DNA of 62,207 nt, filler included, from Gonapodya sp. JEL0774 (Eukaryota), in assembly GCA_027604505.1 (NCBI GenBank). It is 10 parts of 10 records of this genome, joined end to end, with 100 filler letters (N's around TTAATTAATTAA, not from the genome) between each part and the next. Parts side by side here need not be neighbours in the genome. Positions count along the whole stretch, not along the records: positions 37,526 to 43,629 come from JADIIX010000627.1; positions 43,730 to 49,831 come from JADIIX010000628.1; 8 more parts are not named here. One strand, 5' to 3'. Each line of letters starts with the position of its first letter. The stretch's first letter is position 1. Under the pieces are notes generated by a model. It had not been told where the DNA came from and did not search any database. It saw only the letters and a program-made list of their open reading frames with translations. Below, piece by piece: positions 37,728-49,931 of the stretch. A program made the translations under genes and the position numbers.

Positions 37728-39916
37728 ACATCAAAGGTCCACGAGGGCATCCTGATATCGGCCTCTTGTTTCGTCGTACACTGTCTCACGTCTTCCATTC
37801 GTTGTGGTCTTCCCCAAGTGGTGGGGAAAGTGGTTTGCAAATCCCTCAACACTTCAGACGCTTCCGGTTCGAATGTTTGCGATATCGGCGGGGCGAATGT
37901 CTCGATTTCAGCAACTAGCATTGATAGCATATGTTGCTCTGGCGAGAGAGACAAATGCTCAAGGTGGGAGTTTTCTTCTGTCTCTCGAGCTCACGACATC
38001 CTGTTTGGGATACTCCACGACAACTAACCGGAACCGAAGGAGAAGGGTTAACACAGCGCAAACACGAGCGTTGCCGCTGAGTAATCAGGAATATCTGGTG
38101 ATTGTCGTCGGACGCGTCTTGCGCTCCTGGAAGTGTGTCGAGATTATTTTGTGGCATATCGTCCCAACACCAGAGATAGAATGCCCTCATAACCGCACTT
38201 GTGATTCATGAAAACTTTGTCTATCAAATACTGTAGATACAGGCTCAGCTGTCGATAACACCGAAGATCCTTGTACCCCTGATTTAACCATACCACGTGA
38301 GCTGGGAATGCACATAGGGGCCATCTTTATTCAGGTACGAAAGAGTGAGCTCGTTATTTAAGTGGTCAAGTGTTGAGCACATGGGGCACCCGAATTCAAC
38401 CAGGTTGCCGTATCCCTGTTGGGAACGTTGATACCCATATTGCTCCAACGTTGGAACCTGGCGGGGAACCTCACCGAATTCGTGTTTGAAGGGATCCGAA
38501 GTTTTGGTACAGGAATTATTCTTACGACAGGTTTGCGTCGTCGCTGCCAGAGTTCCTCTCAGCACCAGTGCATCAAATAGCCCTCACTCATGATCTTTCC
38601 CCAGGAGTCATTCACATGCTCCTGCCCGCTTACACCCTTCTCACTAGCCCTTGTCTCCCCCCGGTATGGGCCGTAGATTATACTGCTTTCGCTGGAGTAT
38701 TTGCAATTGTTGGAATGTTGCTGACCCAAGTAGGAATGCGTGTCTGCTTGTGCGAGATGCTTCTCCGAATTCAGCAGGTTTGACTACCCATGTTCTTTCA
38801 ATAGGCGATTCAAACAACAGCCATATCCTTTTTGCAATCGGCCAAAACCATCACTCGCGATTCACATCGGCAAACCATCCCGAACGGAGATGCTCCCCGT
38901 ACCACCACTTTGGTGAAACTCCCGAGTGACACCAATATTGAGCAAGGTCACTCACACGGCCACGGCCACGACCATGATCATGCTGAGAGGCTTGATCACG
39001 AAAGTGGAGCCAGAGTTGACGGTCACTCCCATAGTTCTGAAGGCACCGTTCATCCCGGTGCGAATGCGGATTCCGAACCCGCTCACCACCAGACCAGTAC
39101 ATCCGCTACTACCCTGCTTTTTGCCAAGAGTAAGCCACACAGCCACCCTTACCACGAAGAAGATGATGGGCATGGTCACTTGCGGGACGCTCTCTTTTCA
39201 GATGGGGAGGTGTCTTTGAAACTCAGAAAAAAGCAATTAACGTGAGTGGGGGTTTCTCTGCATTGCTATCCCACTAATGTTTAATGTAGTGCTTGCAAAC
39301 TTCATATTCACCAAGTGTCTACCTTCTTGAAATTGGAATTGCATCCCATTCGTTCTTCGTCGGACTTGTCTTGGGAACATCACGCGGCAGCGAGTTGCGA
39401 TCTTTGATGTTTGCGCTGTCCTTCCATCAATTTTTTGAGGGCATGGCTTTAAGTGCGACATTGTTGGACGCAAAGTTCACATCGAGAGGTGTGGAACCCA
39501 TATCCGTTTCCTCCCCCACTAAGACTTCCAAACTGACATCGTTCTCCGTACAGCACCCGCAATTTTAATGGTGTGCCTGTATACCATAATCACACCCCTC
39601 GGTGTAGCTGTGGGCATAGCTCTGAACGAGGCTTACAACCCAAACTCCGCTGCCGCACTTCTGACTCAGGTTTGACCGTTATTTCTCTCTGAATTCTTTC
39701 ACAAATTGTGTTGACTCTCTCCACCTTGCTCTACAGGGTGTTCTTGACGCCCTTTCGGCCGGTGTACTCATATATGATTCGCTGGTCAACCTGCTCCACA
39801 TGAATATAACTTCAAACTCCAAATTCCACGTATCACCCTTGTGGAAAAAGTTGACGATGTTCGCACTGCTATATGCAGGTGTTACGGTCATGTCTGTCAT
39901 TGGAAAATTCGCATGA
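37728..39916 (+). CDS. ZIP (Zrt/Irt) family zinc/iron transporter, multi-exon; 5' end uncertain
   Basis: LGMHIGAIFIQ; FGTGIILTTGVIHML; His-rich loop HSHGHGHDHDH; LEIGIASHSFFVG; FHQFFEGMAL; LDALSAGVLIYDSLVNL; MSVIGKFA*. Confidence 0.93.
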
Positions 39917-40219
39917 ACATTTGGATCAGACAGTGTTGATGTTTGTGGGTTCAGCAACTCCTGTCGATCCCCAACATCCGCCATTTTGTTCATATCCCTC
40001 CTTAGTCAGAGTCAGTCATTCTTCTATATCAAAGTACTCATGTTAACCATATGTATTTTTGACACGCACGATCATGTAGACTTTGATTCTGCTGAAAAAG
40101 TAAAAACGATAAACACTCTTGTGCTGAGAAGTGCGGATCAATCTTATTATGCAAATGGCTTGCAATAATGACATTACGTTGGACCTACAGTATTCATTCA
40201 TCGAATTCGTACACAATAT

Positions 40220-43200
40220 CTACATACTTTTTCCCTCCTTCACAATACCCACAACGTCGTCCCCACCGACCGCGACGAGCTTCCCTCCTACTCGTGCGAA
40301 CATAACTTGTCCATCCACTTCGACCAACAGTGCTTTTCCTTTCTTCCCTGGTTCTGCAATGCGAAACACCTGCCGCTCACTTCCCACTGCGTGTCGACCC
40401 TCCGCGGGAAGGAAAGTCAAATCTCGTTCCGCAAAGAAGTGCTCCAAGTAGTCACGATAGGTTGTAACAGCTTGTGCTGCCGTTCGTCCATTGATTGTGG
40501 GCTTTGCAGGTCCTGGTGCTGGTGAACCGCGCCCAGCCTGAACGATGTCGTATGCCAAAAAGTCAGGGAGAGTCGGCACAGTTTCTTCCGTTGCCGCCAA
40601 CACCGCCCTTGGAATCTCCACCGCCAACCCATCCTTCCTCCTCAAGGCTGCCTCATTCATCGCGTCGAGACCCTTCCTGAACATACCCTCTACCGCCGCT
40701 TCCTTCCGTAGAGCCTCGTCAAAGATTCCCTTCCACGCCCCATACCATGCCGCCACGGCGGCGAAGTCACATCCAGGACTCGACAACCACACCCACAATG
40801 CACGAAGCCACTTCGGCTCTAACTCGATCTGGAGAATGGCCGCAAGGAGGTGAGCCGGCACCAGACCAGAAGTGTACCAGGGGAGGACCCAAGACTGAAG
40901 AGGAGCAATGTCTTGGGACGCGGGGTTGACAGAAAAGTCAGACCGAAGGGTGAGAATGAGTTTTGGAAGAACGGAGCGGCGGAGTAGAGAGAGCATGGCC
41001 TCTGGGGCGAATACCTACAGAGATGTCTGAGTCGGGGCATTGCAATCAACTTTAAACATCAAGCCACTCACATCCTTCCATTTGACCACCACTTCCATTC
41101 CCCAGCTCTCTCTCGGGTGCCATTCCCCACCCAACACAGTCACTAACCTCCGCCTGACCGCATCCACAAGGGATGACGTCCAATGTTCATTTTCATTATT
41201 GGCAGCATGTACCTTACTGCTGGGGTGTTGAACTCCGAGCCACGGTTGTGTCCAAAAGTGGATTGGTGCGTTAGTCGAAGAGGATGTGGATCGCGTCGGG
41301 TGCCAAGAAGCGACCGTGCGCAAAAGCTTCGGCATGATGAGTTGGTCTAAAACCATCGCGAGCATCCAGTCTGGCAGAACCGACTCCTGGTTCACTCCCA
41401 TCGCGCTGCCTCCCAAAACCGACAACATCCCACCTCCCATCCCACCCCACGTCTCGACTAACGTTATGATTTGATCTGGCACTGCTGGATCCCACTCTGT
41501 CGATACGGCACGTCGGACAGGCGGGAGCCACTGATGATAGAGCAGTGCCTCGTACGGGGACATGCTTTTAGCGTTTTCATCCATCGCGCCATGGTTTCCA
41601 CTGCGACTATTGTATGTCGTGGTATCTTGTAGAGTAGGAGAGGGCCGCATTAGGTTCATCCACTCGAGGAAGAAAGAGACACCGAGTTTGGGGTCGATGA
41701 GTGGATCCCACGTTGCCCAGATACGTTTGAGCAGCGGTGCGACGGCTGATACTACTATTGCATCCACGCCATATCTCGCTCTGTCACCGCGTGCTATATC
41801 GCGCTCCACCCTTGCCAGCGCAACATCGCAAGATGATAGAGCCCGCTCGCCACTTTCCGCGCCCTCCGCCCCGCTTCCCATCACGATTAATGCCGCTTTT
41901 CCTGCCTTTTCAAGAGATTCAACGGCATCGATGACCGCTAAAAGCCGTTTCTCTTTCTCCCGCGCTTCTGCAATCTTCGCATCGGCTCCCCGCCTCTCTT
42001 TCTCCATCCTCGCCTGCGCTGCGTCCTGGCTCCTTTTTGCCCTCACCGCAGACACAAAGTCGTGTTGCGCAAGATCAGCTAACAGCCGCACATTGTGACG
42101 GAGCTCTGGAAGGTGAACCGTGGGGTCGATATATCGTGGTGTGTCAGCAGCGGTGGAAAGGGTGTCAAGTGCACGAACGCGAGCGCCGCCGGGGCCAGTC
42201 ATATCAACAATGTGCGTTGTTACTGGCACTGCAGAGCCTGTCATGTCCGGGGTTGCGCGTGCAGCCTCCTCTTCAGCAATTTCTGCGGCAGTGCGGTATT
42301 GGGGCTTCCGGGCTCTGGAAGTTTTTGACGTCTTCTTCCACGAGTCAGATTTGGGTTTAAATTGGGGCTCGTCAAGGTCCATGTCCATATCCCCATCCCT
42401 CGTAGAACGCTTGCGACCCTTCTTTCGTCCTGCTCCCTTCATGCCTTCATCGTCTGTCTCGCCATCATCACTCCCGTAATCAATGCCATGCATCTCTTTC
42501 ATCATCTTTTGTTGTTCCCGTACCGCTTCAGTACGCTCGTCGATTGTCCCCAAACCAGCTCCTTTAGGACGAAGTTTTACGTCAATGGGCTTCACCATGC
42601 CCGCGCCTTCTTTACCGAGACCGGTACCCGGCTGCCACCCCATAGCACGTAAAAGTTTGGACCCTATGCCCGAGGTCGTGCGTTCCCATGTGCCAAATGT
42701 GTGGTCAGGTTTTGACGGGCGAGATGGTTTGTTCGGGCGCGGCGAAGGGGATTGAGGGGGCGGGGATGGCGTTGGCGATGGGGCGGAGGGAGAAGGAGAA
42801 GAGACGCTGGAGGGCTGGCGTGGAGTGTCGGTGCGGAGTTGAGATACGCGATCTTTTTTAGACGATTGAGATCTTGTCGGCGGTGTTGGTGCTTCTGCTT
42901 GTGTACGCGCCGCACCCTTACTAAGTTCCTCCTTGTCGTGGTTATAGAGTAGCCCTCCCTTTTGAAATAAGAACGCACCTCCCGCATTCTCCTGTGCTCC
43001 CGCGCCTCCACCTAGACCACTTCGTCCTCTATCGCCAAAAGACGGTCGCTCATTTTCTGGATCCTCTCTGCTGAACCCCAGTACTGATCCAATACCTCCT
43101 TTTGATCCACTATTGTCTATGTCCATTCCTTCCTCTTCACTGTCAGACGCTCCGTGCATAAATGGAACTCGCGGTTTAGAGTCTTCGTCTGAGTCAGCAT

Positions 43201-43570
43201 CGTCCATCGGGGAATCACCGTTCTTGGAATCCTCTTCATCTTCATTTAAAGCTTGGTTTTCATCTTTCGCATCCATGTCGCCACCCGTTCTTCCTCCAGA
43301 CACGAATCGCACGCCAGCGTCCAGTCGCGTTTTCCCCTGGCCCCGGAACCCCCTCCCCCCTCTGCGATCGTCCTCATCTGAATCTTCAGCGAAAATACCG
43401 AGCATTTTATCTTCCTCTGTCTGCCGTCGCCTCTGCCTTCGTTTCCCGCGAAAGAGATCCCGTTCTTCCCGTTCATCCGCGTTCAGTCCCCGCACGTCGT
43501 CCTCGCTGTCATTCTCATCACTAGATGAACCACCATCATCGTCCGCCCATTGTTTGCGCTTACGTCCCAT
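40220..43570 (-). CDS. TFIP11: TFIP11/Ntr1/Spp382 spliceosome-disassembly factor (G-patch + GCFC domain), 2 exons
   Basis: G-patch WERTTSGIGSKLLRAMGWQPGTGLGKEGAGMVKPI; PELRHNVRLL; WDPL; SPYEALLYHQWLPPVR; FSVNPASQD; WYGAWKGIF. Confidence 0.93.
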
Positions 43571-43729
43571 CGATACTGTGGTTTGATTGGGAACTGTGAA
43601 GGTCGGAAAATGTGGATAGCACTGCGCAGNNNNNNNNNNNNNNNNNNNNNNNNNNNNNNNNNNNNNNNNNNNNTTAATTAATTAANNNNNNNNNNNNNNN
43701 NNNNNNNNNNNNNNNNNNNNNNNNNNNNN

Positions 43730-44018
43730 GAATGGGAACGCTTTTTTCGACTTTTCGGCGTTCTCAGGGGAGGGAGATGGGGATGGACGCAACGGAGGTG
43801 AGGCCGTGGGGGACATCGGAGTAAGAAGCGCAAGTGGCGGCGAGGCTAAGATGGTATCGCTTCGGCCAGGCGCTGACATGAGCGTAATGATGTCGGACAT
43901 GATGAACATGAACAGTATGATGGGAAGCGGGGACGACCCCACCGGGTTGTTGACGGAGGGACTGCTGGAGGAGATGGTCGGGTTTGGCGACGAAGGGGGT
44001 TCGGGAATGGAGTATTGA
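43730..44018 (+). CDS. 3' end of an unidentified gene (acidic Gly/Met-rich tail)
   Basis: Open frame from the contig start to TGA at 44018. Confidence 0.3.
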
Positions 44019-44520
44019 ACAAGGGGTCCAGGCGCACTCGCAGCGGCGAATTGCATCTCGTTTTCTTTATAAGTCGTGGCGTGCTGGTAGTGGTGAAGCG
44101 CAACCTTTGCTTGGCTAGTTTCCAGTTTTGACGATGCGGTACGGGTCGTGAACACACGGTCATAGACGGCGATAATAGTGTTATTTCTTTTCCTTTCATT
44201 ACTGTACTGGAACTTCGTGTGGTTCCCATCTCCGAATAGAGCGATCGCTACACTGAATGAACATTTTTTGTGCAAGTACAGCTCTTCCACTGTCGTCAAC
44301 ATCGATCGTTTGGATTTAACGCAGTAATCCCCCAGCAACGTAGACAATGTGATTCAATCTCTACAGAGTCATATTTTTGCAGGAAGTAGGAGCATATCGC
44401 TGAGGTCATGCATGGGTCAGCACTAGAATACGACCTCCACCCATTAATATTCGCTGTTTCGAGTGATACCGAGTACATCCGTATGCGCCATCTCAACGCT
44501 TGAATTAAAAAGTTCGGCAA

Positions 44521-46007
44521 CTACACTGCGGCCGTTTCAGAAGGTGGAACGGGTCCGGTACCGTCGTTTCTAGGCGCAGAGGACACACTCCTTGGAGGCG
44601 CGACAGGGGTGGATACCACAGACGTTCCTGTGGTCCCCACTGTCGGCTCGGAAAGGTGGTTGAGGGGGAAGAATCCCGCTGTGTTGCTGGAGAGGTCAAA
44701 GCCCTAGGAACCGAAATTTGGTCAAGAAGTGAGATCGGGCTAGAATGCGAAGAGAGGAATATGAACTGATGATGGCTACTCACCTCTCCCCAACCATCCT
44801 TGTAGGTTTTCTTCACAAAAACCTTCTTCCCAGAGCCAAGCGCGATCTCATCTGCAGCTTTGGGTACGTACGGTGCAGTAACTACCATGACCTTCTCTAC
44901 GACAACGGAAACCGATCCGGCTTCTCGAGCACCTGCGCCACTGGGATTTAAATCGTGCCGCAATGACGTGACCTCGCGAGATAGGTCCGCGACGAGGGCT
45001 TTGAGCGCCAGGACCTCGAACTTTGTAGCAGCACCTTGGGCCTCGAGCACGGATTCATGGTTTCGTAGAGTCAATAAGTCACTTTGAGTGGTAGTCAGCT
45101 CCAAGCGCAGGGCGGTGTTGGTGGATTCGAGTGTCATGATGCGAGATTCGAGAGTGGTGATCCAGCTTTCGAGCTCGGGGTTTGATGATGGACGACTCAT
45201 GGCCGATTCTGGTTGAGAGGTTGACACGTTTGGGCTGATGGAAAACTGAGGGGCCGATATCACGGGGGTTCGGGGTCTTGCTGCCAAAGCCGCTTCGTGC
45301 TGAGCCAACGTCTCTTTCACCAAGAGTTCCTGATGATGCGCAATAAGACGAGAAAATCGAGCGTCCTCTAGTTTCTCTGCACTGCGAAGTACTGTATCAG
45401 ACACAGGCGCGCCATGGCAGAGGAGGAGGGACACGACATCCAATGCTGGAATCAACATTCTGACCTCGCAGGCCTCCGCATCAACCTTTGCGTCCTCTAC
45501 GAGCACCATGCCACCCTTTTTGTTGATTCGAACTTCTCCCCTGTCCATGGCGTGTTGCCAGTCCGTTCGATTTGCTTTGCAGTCCCATTTGACCCTGCCA
45601 CCGCGTCCGATAGCCAGAGTAAGGGCGTTCGGGTATGAGAAAGTGAGACAATGATAGTCCGTCCAGCTGTCTGCAACCCAGACTTCGTCCGACGATGAGC
45701 TGATTTTCCACTCAACCGGCTGGTGAATATCTGCTCCTGCAAGCACCAACAGACTGACAATGTCAGCCCGCCCAGTAATGATCGACAACGCGAGCGCCGA
45801 TTCAACCGGGTGCGTTTCCTCTTTTACATCAGGATCGCCGACGCCTGAAACCACGCCGCCTCGGTCCTCCTTCTTTGAAAACACTGTCCACTTGAACTTT
45901 GCAACCTTGCGAGCATTGGGGGATGCACCTGCTTTCAGAGCGCCACGGACTCGCGCCAAGTCACCCGACTCCACTGCGGAGATTAGAATGATGTCTTGGT
46001 TTGACAT
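44521..46007 (-). CDS. Atypical ankyrin domain + coiled coil + C-terminal SH3 protein, 2 exons
   Basis: LISAVESGDLARVRGALKAGASPN; ESALALSIITGRADIVSLLVLAGAD; heptad region; SH3 APYVPKAADEIAL...DGWGE|GFDLSSNTAGFFPLNHL. Stop at 44523-44521. Confidence 0.8.
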
Positions 46008-47511
46008 TTAGCTCGGTTTGGTTCAAAAATTTCGGTAATGTCGGACGTGCATTACTGTACTACGCCAGTGGCCCGCTTCAGCCTAGCATTTTCAACACAA
46101 AACTCCTTCGTCCAGCACAAGTACTTTTGAACCAAAAACTCGTCATTCTGATTGTATTGATCTTTGATCATAGTTCCCCGCGGTCAAGATATTGTTGTGT
46201 TCCCTCTATCTCCGCTAATCGCTAGTTCGTCTAATCTACATGATGTTCCAGGCATTATCGCATCGATATTCCCATAAACGCGCTTGCATATAATTTTTGA
46301 GTGTTGCATTTTTGGGAGCCTCTTACCAAATGCTTGCTGTGCCACACTAGTTGAAACAAATCCAGCGCCAAAATTTTCGCTCTTTCCCGAGATGTCTACA
46401 GCGATGCTCCTGGCCCGCAGAGGTGACGGGTAGAGGAGTGCGACCCGCCAAAGGTGGCGAGAACGTCGAGGGACTGAATGTACGGGCCGACCTTCCATGG
46501 TCGCGGTCGTCTTCCGGTTGCTCCTGACACGTGCCGAGCCGACACACCATCCAGCAATGTGCTCACTCAGTAACTGCAGGCGGTAGCTTGTGTGTGAAAA
46601 TGGGAGCATGTGAAGCCAAAGTGTGTTCAGTCAAGTCGGGGACCTCTCTTTAGAGTGGTCGCTCCAAGAATCTCTGCGTCCTCACCGGCTATTCGGTGTA
46701 CCGTTATCAGAGTTTCGAAGGGTACTTTTTATTTGAATTTAAACCAATGAAAGGTTCCCAGTCAATTCAGACGTGTGGATTCCCATTGCCACATGAATAC
46801 CCTCTGTACCTGCAACATGCAGGTACATACTGTTCTGTTACATCCCTTGCTCATGTCATTGTTCTTGAAACGGCCAAGTGAGTCCTTATCCGATAGAATC
46901 CGGTTAATCCCAATTCTGTGAAATCTGGTATCCCCAAGTTTCAATGCCTGTTTCGAAATCCTCTGCGAGGTGGGATGCCATTACTGCAACACACCGAGCT
47001 TCTCATTGTACAGATTTACACAGAGCCCATGGCGCTTAGCTGTGTTTTAAGTATTTGGGACCTTTAAGTAGTCGGAGATAATGGATATCCATTATCCAAG
47101 GGCACCACTTTGTTGAACTCCACCAACAGCAATTTCCAATCACGGCTTAGTGATAATCGGGATTACGTAGATATGTCATTCACGCGATTGATGTTGCATG
47201 CAACAGTCCTCCTTGTTCATGTCCCGCGATTACTGGTGTCTAACAACGTCAAGAACAGAAGAGTGAGCCAGAACTTGATCCCCACCCCTGTTGAGACAGT
47301 CCTCGCGCTTCAGCATTCCTCGTGCTTCAAATGTGAAAGACATCACATACACGCGATTTTGGCTCAAATGCGCAGTCACAGGTGGTGTCCTCCACTGTGA
47401 CCGGGGCTGAACCGACGGCACTACCAAACCGGGCCAGCCAGTCACCCCCTCCCAAAAGTTGGCCTACATACATCAAATCTTTTCACTGCATCCGCGATTC
47501 TGTTCTTCTTC

Positions 47512-48138
47512 ATGAAACCGACATCGTCGCCTCCTCCTACGCGTCTCGCCGCCCTTGTCGAGCACCTTCTTCCCCAATCTCCAACAGTCCTCTTCCAATC
47601 CTGGGTCAACAATGCCCGCGCTTCCCAACCAGACGCCGGATCAATGACACTCTCAACTGCATCCCTTGATGGTCGCCCCTCGTCCCGCATTGTCTCACTT
47701 CGCGGTGTGGACGAACGTGGACTGGTTTTCTACTCGCAACGGGACTCTCGGAAGGCTCAAGAACTCGCCGCGAACCCGCAGTGCTCTCTCCTTTTCTGGT
47801 GGGGCACTCGGCAGGTCCGTGTTGAAGGAATCGCCCACGCTCTTAGCCGAGCCGAGTGTGCAAACTTCCTTCGTTCTCGACCTCGCGCGAACCAGATTGT
47901 AGAGTCTGTGGGACTCCAGTCGGCGAGAACAACTAGAGAAGCTCTTAATGAACGTTATGATGAGCTGGTTAATAGGTTCGAAGAAATGGAGATACCGACC
48001 CCGGAGGGCTTTTGCGGATGGAGAGTGGAACCAGTGAAGTGGGAGTTTTGGCAGCAGGAGAGTGAAAAGAAACTTCACGATCGGATAGTGTTTGAAAAGG
48101 AAGGCAAAGACTGGGCTGTGTCAAGATTGGGACCTTGA
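47512..48138 (+). CDS. Pyridoxamine/pyridoxine 5'-phosphate oxidase family (PdxH/PDX3-like), divergent and intronless
   Basis: MTLSTASLDGRPSSRIV; FY...SRKAQELAANP; RQVRVEG; SRP; EFWQ...LHDR; RLGP C-terminus. Confidence 0.88.
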   Translation: MKPTSSPPPTRLAALVEHLLPQSPTVLFQSWVNNARASQPDAGSMTLSTASLDGRPSSRIVSLRGVDERGLVFYSQRDSRKAQELAANPQCSLLFWWGTRQVRVEGIAHALSRAECANFLRSRPRANQIVESVGLQSARTTREALNERYDELVNRFEEMEIPTPEGFCGWRVEPVKWEFWQQESEKKLHDRIVFEKEGKDWAVSRLGP

Positions 48139-48641
48139 ATTCATGGTACTTGTATCACATGCATATACTGAGTGTGTGAAATACGGAAAGCTCGGTAGCT
48201 CAACCTCAAAGATACAGCTGCAGTGGTCTTCTTCAATTCTTCTGCTTTGCATTCCTCTCTAAGCAATCCTCATTTCCTTGGACCATAGTCGGGACACATA
48301 GAACACAACTCGACAATTGCTACTGCAGGTATACGACAATTACATAACTTTGCAGCGGCTCGCAAATAGTGCGCTCGCTTTCCCAAGTCCCCACTTTATT
48401 AGTTAAGGAGTTTTTCAGTCACCGCATACATAGTGTCGAACTATTACAGGCCGCTGCGTCACCCGGCGTCAAAAGAACCCAATAATCAGGCATCTCAACA
48501 AATCATCTTTGATTCAATCAGAATATCAGCAGAAATACGAGTAGATGTTGCACATCACATAGCTTCCACACCACTTACAAAGACGACAATGTATCGGCAT
48601 TTGGGAACTGGTGGTTGAGGACTGCTTCAGCTGAGATCCGC

Positions 48642-49741
48642 TTACGATAGTTTATCCATAAAAGTTCCTCGAGGAGGTCTTGAAGAAGCGCTGTCGAGAA
48701 GTGTTTTCAGCTTGGACGATTTCAGTAGGGTGTGCAGAGTTGGCGTACAACCGGGTGTCCCACTACCCTTCCCCGGGTACAATCCTGGACCATCCGGATC
48801 CATTGACTTCATAAGAACGTCATTGTCTTCCAGCAGTCTCCCGTGCACCATCCCAAACAGTAGCATCCCGAGCGTCCACATGGGAATGCGCGAGGAGGTG
48901 AGGGTGCACGGGAACAAAGGCGAGTTCGACGAGGGATACTGGGCGGCAAAGAGTGGTACCAGATGGTAGAATAGCATATCGTATGGGTAGATTGGGGAAG
49001 TAGCGGAGATGGTAAAGGATTGACGCTAACGGTCCACAACCATAGGTTGATGGTCCTTGAGAATGTTCTGTCCTTGTGCAATCTGCCCAAACCCCAAACT
49101 TACACGCTCCCGCACTCTCCCCATATGCAGTGATTCTATTTGGGTCCCCATCAAAAGATGAGACATTGGCATGAACCCAATTCAAGGCAAGCAACCTTAC
49201 CAAGGAGACCCTACCGAGACAAAAGGGGAAGAGCATCGGCGCACATTCGCAGATCCTCATTCGAGAATTAGAGGTAGTGCTCACGTAGTTCCCGTAGCCT
49301 GTGCCGTTGCCGAGAGCCTCGTCTCGCAGCTCAGGCCGCGCGAAGAAGCCCAGGATTCAAGATCGAGTGAAAAGTGAGTACTTGACTTTTCGCTGCTCAC
49401 TAGAACGCGCTTTCATCCATTTGAACACCGCTCACCGAGTCTGTATTTCATGGTGACTACGATCACGACCTTGTCTGCGTTCCTGTACACCATCTCCGAG
49501 TTCGAGCCGCACAAAAGCGCTCCACTGTGAATGCATACCAAAACTGGTAGTGGGCCTCGTGAATCCGCGATGTCATGTCGGGAGGTAGGGGGTGTGTAGA
49601 CGTTGAGATCAAGGCAGAGCTCTTCGGAGAATGTGTATTGGGGGGTGCCATTCCTCCAAGTCGGAGCCTGGGTTTTCCCGTAACTCCCAAAAGATTTGAG
49701 TCACGAGGATGGCCGAGCGCCGCTCTACGCGCCGCGCTGCT
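48642..49741 (-). CDS. Type-B carboxylesterase, fragmentary and possibly degenerate (5' truncated)
   Basis: SEELCLDLNVYTP...LPVLVCIHSGA...YRL|GFF...GNY|...ALNWVHANVSSFDGDPNRITAYGESAGA. Confidence 0.75.
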
Positions 49742-49931
49742 ATAACGGCAAGCATGGCAATCAAGGCTGAGGCTCAAATCGAGGATCCAAAAGACTATGA
49801 TGATATGCAAGACCTCCTCAGCACCAAGAAANNNNNNNNNNNNNNNNNNNNNNNNNNNNNNNNNNNNNNNNNNNNTTAATTAATTAANNNNNNNNNNNNN
49901 NNNNNNNNNNNNNNNNNNNNNNNNNNNNNNN

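Noticed and set aside
43730..44347. 221-aa minus-strand ORF
   Set aside because: Non-ATG start, and it reads as the antisense of a plausible + strand C-terminus.
46805..46827. Perfect 10-bp hairpin TGTACCTGCA-ACA-TGCAGGTACA
   Set aside because: Isolated, with no TIR/TSD or RNA-gene context, so nothing supports a function.
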